Shown: piece after piece, positions 57,486 to 64,000 of the stretch
Layout of the letters: each line of letters starts with the position of its first letter
Numbering within the stretch: the stretch's first letter is position 1
Assembly: GCF_913777465.1 (NCBI RefSeq)
Contig: NZ_CAJYRQ010000027.1
Length of the DNA: 64,000 bases
DNA from: an uncultured Chryseobacterium sp.
GTDB lineage: Bacteria > Bacteroidota > Bacteroidia > Flavobacteriales > Weeksellaceae
Strand: one strand, 5' to 3'
Notes under the pieces: generated by a model
What the model saw: the letters and a program-made list of their open reading frames with translations, nothing else
Databases searched by the model: none
Told to the model about the DNA's origin: nothing
Position numbers and translations under genes: made by a program

Positions 57486-60251
57486 TTAATACATCAAAGT
57501 AATTCCTGCACCCCAGCCCATTTCGTTATCATAATTTCCGGATACCGAAAGCCACTTCTCAACGATATACCGCAGACCCATTGAAAATTCCCCGTCGGAG
57601 TTCAGGCTGAAATTCCCTCGTAACCTTCCTGATATCGGAATATCTTCCCTCTGAAATTCCAGCAGGACTTTTCCGTTCTGGTCGATGCTTGCGTCGGCTG
57701 TGATGAGCATCGGCAATACATATTGTACTCCAACGATTACGGCGCCTTTTGTCTTTGAAGCTTTCTGCTGCCCGAACCATGTTTTACGGCCGTGAAAATC
57801 CATGCCCATTGCCTCGGCCATCTGCCGTTCCATGATCTTGTGGTTATTCTGGATCCTGAACCCTGCATAAGGCAGCGCCCACTGGAACTTTCCTAAAAAC
57901 CTCCCTGCTTTGAAATTTCCGTCAAAATGGCTGAAATCCCAATTGGAATGGAATTCATTCAGGTTGGCCCATCTCGGCCCGAACATCGTCATGGTTTCCG
58001 CATGGAGCTTGTTGGAATTAATGTCCAGCATGGCCATGGAGCTGATCATCCGGTTGTCTTTCATAAAATTTTTCCATGTCAGCTTTCTATTCGGAAGTTC
58101 CGGATTCGGCTTTGAATTTTCATAGCTGAACACCCTTCCCATTCCGGCCATCATGTGGTACAGGATGTGGCAGTGGAAGAACCAGTCGCCGTCCTGGTTG
58201 GCGGCAAACTCAATCGTATCGGTTTCCATCGGCATGATATCCACGACATTTTTCAATGGCGAATATTCCCCTTTTGCATTGATCAGCCGGAAATCATGCC
58301 CATGAAGGTGCATCGGGTGGCGCATCATCGAATTGTTGTACATCGTAATTCTCAGGATTTCGCCTCTTTTGACCAGAATTTTATCGGTTTCCGTAACGGT
58401 TTTGTTATCCAGCGTCCATAAATAATGATTCATATTCCCTTCCAGCGTAAATTTCAGCTCCCGTACATTTTCTGAAGGCAGGATGGTCTTCTCAGGAGAT
58501 TTCAGCATGTTGTAAGATAATCTTCTGATGGATTTTTCTTCGGACATATCCATTCCCTGATGGTTTGAATGTTCTTCATTTTCCTTTTCTGTAACCCCCA
58601 TCATTTCATTCATATGTTTCATGGTCATTTTCCGCTTGCTTTCGGAAAGTTCGGGATACATCACTTCATTCATATCCATCATCTGGTTGCCCATGGTCAT
58701 GTTCATCGGTTTCATATTTCCGCTGATGCTCATCATGCCGTTCATCATTTTCATCCCTTCGAAGAGCATGAGCCGGGGCAGATCCGGAGCATTCACTTTG
58801 TCTCCCGATCCAAGCCAAAGCGAAGCATGTCCGATGCGGTCTTCGGACGTGGCACGGAATTCAAAGCTTTTGTTTTCCGGAATGGTAACTTCAATATCGT
58901 AGGTTTCAGAAACCCCGACAATCAGACGGTCGACTTCTACCGGAACCACTTCATTCCCGTCATTCGCCACTACTTTTATTTTACCGCCTCCGAAATTCAT
59001 CCAGAAATAAGTAGAAGAACCGCCGTTGGCAATTCTTAACCGTACTTTATCCCCTGCTTTTAAGCCTGTATACTCTGAGCTCGGCTGCCCGTTGATGAGA
59101 AACCGGTCGTAATAAACATCACTCACATCCATGGCCTCCATCCTCTTCCATTCATTCAGCAGCTTGGTGCCGAAATTTCCTGATCTTAAAGCTTCCCCGT
59201 AACTCTGCACCGCATTTTTCCGGACGGCGTACCAATCGGTATTGGCCATGTGAAGCCGCCGGGCGATCTGCTTCGGATTTTCATCGGTCCATTCTCCCAG
59301 CAATACAGGGATTTCACGGGTATAGTCCATACCGGCATTTCCTTCTCTTTTCCTGAAAACCAGAATCCCGTTCATCCCGATCTGTTCCTGAAGGCTTTCG
59401 TGGGAATGGTACCAATAGGTTCCGTTCTGTGACACCCTGAATTTATACAGATGGGTTTCTCCCGGTTTTACCGGCTTGGTTGTCAGGTAAGGGACGCCAT
59501 CAAATTCATTGGGTAAAATGACGCCGTGCCAATGGAAGCCTGTGTTTTCCTTTAGCTGATTGTGAAGGTAGATTTCAGCGGTATCGCCTTCGGTAAAATA
59601 TAAAGTCGGAGCCTGGAGCTTTCCGTTGACCGCAATGGCCCGGCGGTTTTTTCCGGTAAAATTCACAATGGAATCTTTTACATATAAATCGTAACGAACT
59701 GTCCTTCCTCCAAAGCTTAGTTTTCCATTCGTTGTATTCTTTTTCAATACAGAATGATCGGTTTGAGGCTCAGAATCCGGGTCAGTCTCATTTTCAGTTT
59801 CTACCAGATCCATCCCGCATTTGGGACATTTTCCCGGTTTACCCGAGATCACTTCCGGATGCATCGGACAGGTATATTTTTTCTGCTGCTGAGCGTGAGT
59901 CTGAGATTCAGTTTTTAAGACCAGCGATGTTTTTTTCCGGATTTTATTTTTTGGATCAGCAGTTTTTTTGACAGAAACTTCTTTTTTTGCTGCCGGTTTT
60001 TCAGCCGTCTTCTTTTTAATTTCTTTTGCTTTAATTTCTGTTTTTAGAGCAGTTTCGGCCTTGGGTTTCGTTACCGTTTTAGATTGAACTGCAACCGCTT
60101 TTTTAGCCAGGGTCATCCCGCATTTCGGGCAGTCTCCCGGCTTTGATGAAACAATATCCGCATGCATCGGACAGGTAAAATAGGTTTTTGTACTTTGTGA
60201 AAAACTGAAAACAGAAAATAAGAGCAACAGAAATACGATGATTTTTTTCAT
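57486..60251 (-). CDS. Multicopper oxidase (CopA/PcoA type) with two N-terminal CPM-type metal-binding repeats and a C-terminal beta-rich extension
   Basis: HWHG, WYHSH, HPMHLHGH and HCHILYHMMAGM copper sites; two TCPMH..CPKCGM repeats; Met-rich linker; ~200 aa after the last site. Confidence 0.92.
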   Translation of the reverse strand: MKKIIVFLLLLFSVFSFSQSTKTYFTCPMHADIVSSKPGDCPKCGMTLAKKAVAVQSKTVTKPKAETALKTEIKAKEIKKKTAEKPAAKKEVSVKKTADPKNKIRKKTSLVLKTESQTHAQQQKKYTCPMHPEVISGKPGKCPKCGMDLVETENETDPDSEPQTDHSVLKKNTTNGKLSFGGRTVRYDLYVKDSIVNFTGKNRRAIAVNGKLQAPTLYFTEGDTAEIYLHNQLKENTGFHWHGVILPNEFDGVPYLTTKPVKPGETHLYKFRVSQNGTYWYHSHESLQEQIGMNGILVFRKREGNAGMDYTREIPVLLGEWTDENPKQIARRLHMANTDWYAVRKNAVQSYGEALRSGNFGTKLLNEWKRMEAMDVSDVYYDRFLINGQPSSEYTGLKAGDKVRLRIANGGSSTYFWMNFGGGKIKVVANDGNEVVPVEVDRLIVGVSETYDIEVTIPENKSFEFRATSEDRIGHASLWLGSGDKVNAPDLPRLMLFEGMKMMNGMMSISGNMKPMNMTMGNQMMDMNEVMYPELSESKRKMTMKHMNEMMGVTEKENEEHSNHQGMDMSEEKSIRRLSYNMLKSPEKTILPSENVRELKFTLEGNMNHYLWTLDNKTVTETDKILVKRGEILRITMYNNSMMRHPMHLHGHDFRLINAKGEYSPLKNVVDIMPMETDTIEFAANQDGDWFFHCHILYHMMAGMGRVFSYENSKPNPELPNRKLTWKNFMKDNRMISSMAMLDINSNKLHAETMTMFGPRWANLNEFHSNWDFSHFDGNFKAGRFLGKFQWALPYAGFRIQNNHKIMERQMAEAMGMDFHGRKTWFGQQKASKTKGAVIVGVQYVLPMLITADASIDQNGKVLLEFQREDIPISGRLRGNFSLNSDGEFSMGLRYIVEKWLSVSGNYDNEMGWGAGITLMY

Positions 60252-60549
60252 AATATTCCGTAATTAATTTAACCACAAATGCAATAAATGATAATCACCG
60301 ACAACCAATTGAATGGCAGATAATCAAGCATAAAATTAAATTTTAAGCGCTTTAGATCTGATTATCTTATTGTGCGGATTAAGTTTGCAATTTGCAATTA
60401 AGTGAGATTAAGAAATGGTTGTAAAGCCTGAATGGATAGGAATTAAATTCTGTTCCAAAGCAAATGGAATTTAATAAAGACTTTTATCTTTACCTGTATG
60501 CCTATTCCGTTCAAACTTTACAACTTTTTCCTTTTAATAAAACAAAATC

Positions 60550-61023
60550 TTATTTAATGGTCGATTTTACGTTTCCGCAGGTCAGCATGGATTTTCCGTA
60601 ATACGGATTGGCAATTTTTGATTCGTTGCTCAGCCAGCTTCCGTCGGCCATCGGACAGTACTGAACGTAAACGGGGCTCTCGGAAACTTTGAACTCTTTA
60701 GTTAAAGCAATCATGTTGTCCGAAAGATTCATAAAAGTTTCCCGCTGGCTGCTGATGTTCCGGGCTTCAGAAATCGCAGTCGCATCTTTTCTGAGCGTAT
60801 TCAGATTCCCTTCCGACACCTTTTTATAATCAATGGCTGAAGCGGTCTTAATGAATTCCGTTGCCGCTTTTGAAGTTTTGTCGGCATCGTCGGAAGCCAA
60901 AGCCGATTTTATGGCGATGTAATTCTGATAAAGCCTGGAAACCTGTGCATCTTTTTTAGACTGCGCTGAAATAGAAAGGATTGAAAATAGAGAGAATATT
61001 GCAGTGATGATATATTTTTTCAT
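60550..61023 (-). CDS. DUF3347 domain periplasmic protein
   Basis: Signal peptide, Y.AIKSALASDD, QRE.F..LSD, YVQYCPMA and WLS....IANPYYG.SM..CG motifs. Confidence 0.9.
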   Translation of the reverse strand: MKKYIITAIFSLFSILSISAQSKKDAQVSRLYQNYIAIKSALASDDADKTSKAATEFIKTASAIDYKKVSEGNLNTLRKDATAISEARNISSQRETFMNLSDNMIALTKEFKVSESPVYVQYCPMADGSWLSNESKIANPYYGKSMLTCGNVKSTIK

Positions 61024-61252
61024 TGTTTTAAATTTTAGGATAATTTTTTAATAATGGTTTAAAGCCGCATAATGCGACAGAGCGTGTCGTTTTAATGATG
61101 TCCCAAGGATTTTCACGGATGATACTATTGAATTATGCTGTTCGGAACTCTGCAAAATGCTAATAGCAGAGTATAGTAAATTTTTCCGCGGATTGCGCAT
61201 GTTTTAACAGGTGATGCTGTTTTAAACAGATTATTTAAACGACTGACGGATT

Positions 61253-61630
61253 CTATATCCTAAAATGACAATGGGTAATAAAGATGGGGACCGGCCGGAC
61301 TTCAGGCGGTGCGTTGATCCGGGTTTGGGTAAATTTTGAATTGGAAAAAGACCGGTCGGCCACGGGGAATTCCTGTGGGGAAACTTTCTGAATCTGTTTT
61401 AAAAAATCAATTTTAAGAAAATCCGACTTTTGGGAATCGTAAACTTTTACAAGTTTGATCTCGGTTTTGCAGCAGTCTTTTTTGGTTTTAACGCCGCATT
61501 TGCTGCAAACATCTTCTAAACTGCGGCTTACAGAGGCCAGTTCCTTCATGCAATAATGAACGCTGAATACCGCTCCGGAAGAAAACCCGAAGTAGAAAAC
61601 AGAAAACAGTATAGCAAGAATCTTTTTCAC
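61253..61630 (-). CDS. HYC_CC_PP family protein
   Basis: Hydrophobic N-terminus, HYC, C..CG, CC, APP and terminal HCHFRI. Confidence 0.88.
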   Translation of the reverse strand: MKKILAILFSVFYFGFSSGAVFSVHYCMKELASVSRSLEDVCSKCGVKTKKDCCKTEIKLVKVYDSQKSDFLKIDFLKQIQKVSPQEFPVADRSFSNSKFTQTRINAPPEVRPVPIFITHCHFRI

Positions 61631-61834
61631 TGGAACAAAGTTAAAAATTATCCGTGGTATCTGTGTTATAAAATGATGTATTGTTGTTATAAAATCCGGA
61701 AAAAAGAAAAACTCCCGGTCGTCGGGAGTTTATTTTGGTATTATTAATTTAAAATAGATTTTGAAAAACTTTGTCAAAGATTTTAACTTTGACAAAGTTG
61801 AAATCTTTTATGCTTTCAGCCTATTATTTCATTT

Positions 61835-64000
61835 TTATTTAATTCTGAATTCAAGCTTTACATTAAAGAAACGGCCGGTCAGACGAACCGGAACCGGATA
61901 CATCAGATTGGTGTTGGCATCGGTGATCCACTGGTTGGCTACCGTATTCCGGATATTGAAGGCATTGAAAACCTGCACGCCCAGCGTCAGTTCATCAAAA
62001 TTTCCCCAGAAACCATAAGCGTTATTTTTTTCTTTCGGCTCTATAAAAGCATAAGACAGTCCCAAATCCACCCTTTTGTAGGAAGGTAACGTTTTCTGGT
62101 AGGAATATCCGGCGAAATAATCGATCTTCCGGTTTTCATCCAGTACGATCGGTGATCCGGTAGGCAATCCCATTGCATAAACCAGGGTTAAATTGACCCG
62201 CATTTTTGGAAATTTCGGCATATAATCCTGATAGAACATCGCAAAACGGAGCCTTTGGTCGGTAGGTCTCGGGATATCCCCTCTTCCGTCGATGTTTTCA
62301 TAAACCCGGGCATAACTTGCCGACAGCCAGGAATCAACACCGGGAACAAATTCCCCGAAGAGCCGGGTATCTATTCCGTAAGCCGATCCGGTTGCATTGT
62401 TTTTACCGGAATACCGGATCCTTACGTTATCCATAAAGTATGGAATCAGGTCATCCATCTTTTTATAATACAGTTCAGTCGTCAGCTTAAACGGCCGGTC
62501 GTACATCTGGAATTCATAGTCATTTGCCAGAATGGCCTGAATGGAACGCTGGGATTTAATATTTGGGTTAAAATTTCCGTCAAGGTCTTTAATTTCTTTA
62601 TAGAACGGTGCCTGGTAATAAATCCCTCCCGAAAGCCTGAAGAGCATATCGGAATCCCAATCGGGCTTTATTGCAAACTGGGCACGCGGGGAGAAAATAG
62701 TTTCATTATTAAAGCTCCAGTGTGCTACCCTGGCCCCTGCATTTATAAAAACTTTGTTGCTTCCCCAGAAGAATTTCTGGGAATACTGGGCGTAGGCAGA
62801 CATTCTGGTCGGCTGTATATCATTTTTTCCTGAAATATTGTAGTACAAGTCCAGGTCCGGCGGATTTCTCGGATCCAGAAGTGCCGAAATCGGCGTGCTG
62901 TATCCTGCGGAATCTACGAGTTTCCATTCGTTGGTCAGGTCTTTCAGGTTTTCTTTTTCGTATTTAAAACCTACTTCGATGTCGGTATTTACATTGGGTG
63001 AAAACCGCGCTCTGGCCTGGGTTCCGTAGGTCTTTACGAAAAGGTCATTCCGGGCGTGCTCGATCTGTCCACCGGTATCGTAGGAAGTAACAGGTGCTCC
63101 TGTAACCGGGTCAAAGGTCTGCAGTACATAAGCCGAAGCAATGGAATAATATTCCCGCTCCCGGTTCTGGTAAGCAAAAGCATCCAGCGTAAACCTCCAT
63201 TTATCCGAAGGCCTGAAATTCAGGGAAAAGGTTCCCATCATATTTTTATACTTGTCATCCTCACGGCCGCCGTAATTTACGGTAAGGTTGATCGGCTGCT
63301 GCAGGGAACCGAAGTCGATGCTTCTTTCTTTCGGGATCATCTCATAATCGTTCTTGGAATAATATCCGATGAACGACATGGTCAGCTTCGGGCTGAAATG
63401 ATAATTGAGATACGTCTGGAAATCCATATACTTCGGATTAAAATCTGTATCTTCCTTTAATGTATTGAGGACAAGATTGGTATTTCTATACCTTCCGGAA
63501 AATAGCGCAGTAAACTTCCGGTTTCCTTCACTGTCTTTTCCTGCAGCAAAGCCGGTTGTCAGTCTTCCGCCGATTAAGCTTCCTTCGCCGGCCACCTCAA
63601 ACTTTTGCGGTTCCCGGTAGTAGATATTCAGGGCTGAAGACATCTTATCGCCGTATCTCGGCTCGAAACCTCCGGCTGAAAAGTTTACGGTAGAAACCAT
63701 ATCCGGATTGATGATGCTCAAACCTTCCTGCTGGGAATTCCGGATCAGGAAAGGCCGGTAAATTTCAATATCGTTGATGTATATCAGGTTTTCGTCATAG
63801 TTTCCGCCACGAACCATATATTGTGAAGAAAGCTCCGTATTGGAGTTTACGGAAGGCAGGGTTTTCAGGATGCCCTCAATTCCTCCGGAGATACTGGCCA
63901 CATTCCTTGCATCTTTAGCCGAAATTTTCACAGCCGTCATATCGTTGGTGCTTCCCGTCACTTTTTTCTGGAAAACAACTTCTTCGATGGCTGCGGTTTT
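61835..64000 (-). CDS. TonB-dependent receptor (5' end runs off the window)
   Basis: Plug motifs (LKTLPSV, VRGGNYDEN..YIND, FSAGGFEPRYGD) and a beta-barrel. The frame stays open to 64000 (KTAAIEEVVFQKK). Confidence 0.9.
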   Translation of the reverse strand, partial: KTAAIEEVVFQKKVTGSTNDMTAVKISAKDARNVASISGGIEGILKTLPSVNSNTELSSQYMVRGGNYDENLIYINDIEIYRPFLIRNSQQEGLSIINPDMVSTVNFSAGGFEPRYGDKMSSALNIYYREPQKFEVAGEGSLIGGRLTTGFAAGKDSEGNRKFTALFSGRYRNTNLVLNTLKEDTDFNPKYMDFQTYLNYHFSPKLTMSFIGYYSKNDYEMIPKERSIDFGSLQQPINLTVNYGGREDDKYKNMMGTFSLNFRPSDKWRFTLDAFAYQNREREYYSIASAYVLQTFDPVTGAPVTSYDTGGQIEHARNDLFVKTYGTQARARFSPNVNTDIEVGFKYEKENLKDLTNEWKLVDSAGYSTPISALLDPRNPPDLDLYYNISGKNDIQPTRMSAYAQYSQKFFWGSNKVFINAGARVAHWSFNNETIFSPRAQFAIKPDWDSDMLFRLSGGIYYQAPFYKEIKDLDGNFNPNIKSQRSIQAILANDYEFQMYDRPFKLTTELYYKKMDDLIPYFMDNVRIRYSGKNNATGSAYGIDTRLFGEFVPGVDSWLSASYARVYENIDGRGDIPRPTDQRLRFAMFYQDYMPKFPKMRVNLTLVYAMGLPTGSPIVLDENRKIDYFAGYSYQKTLPSYKRVDLGLSYAFIEPKEKNNAYGFWGNFDELTLGVQVFNAFNIRNTVANQWITDANTNLMYPVPVRLTGRFFNVKLEFRIK

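Noticed and set aside
61835-64000. TonB-dependent receptor as part of the copper operon
   Set aside because: A 200-bp gap separates it from HYC_CC_PP, it lacks Cu-ligand-rich motifs, and it looks like a conserved stand-alone receptor. The 5' context is outside the window.

Overview
A 64-kb chromosomal window from a Bacteroidota flavobacterium, most likely Chryseobacterium (Weeksellaceae). This assignment comes from the short Bacteroidetes-type primary sigma factor, TAnnTTTG promoter boxes, subtype-iii T6SS genes and typical intergenic repeat families. Much of it is housekeeping (rpoD, yggS, era, map, gpmI, ppa, pdhA/pdhC, lolD-like, radC). I found no tRNA, rRNA, CRISPR array, transposase or phage gene. 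Accessory islets are: (1) an isolated T6SS-iii trio tssG-tssN-tssK next to a (CTTTAC)7 tract; (2) a lipoprotein of unknown function, then a tightly coupled four-gene unit of two paralogous AlkB-like 2OG-Fe(II) dioxygenases, a lipoprotein and an FAD monooxygenase; (3) a RelE/ParE toxin and antitoxin-like gene pair arranged convergently with a 21-nt 3' overlap; (4) a LacI/fructokinase/MFS/LamB-type porin/ketose 3-epimerase sugar locus with two candidate operators; (5) a copper cluster (AraC, Cu-ATPase with four CPM-type metal-binding repeats, extended multicopper oxidase, DUF3347, HYC_CC_PP). All family assignments come from motif recognition and recall, not from database searches.
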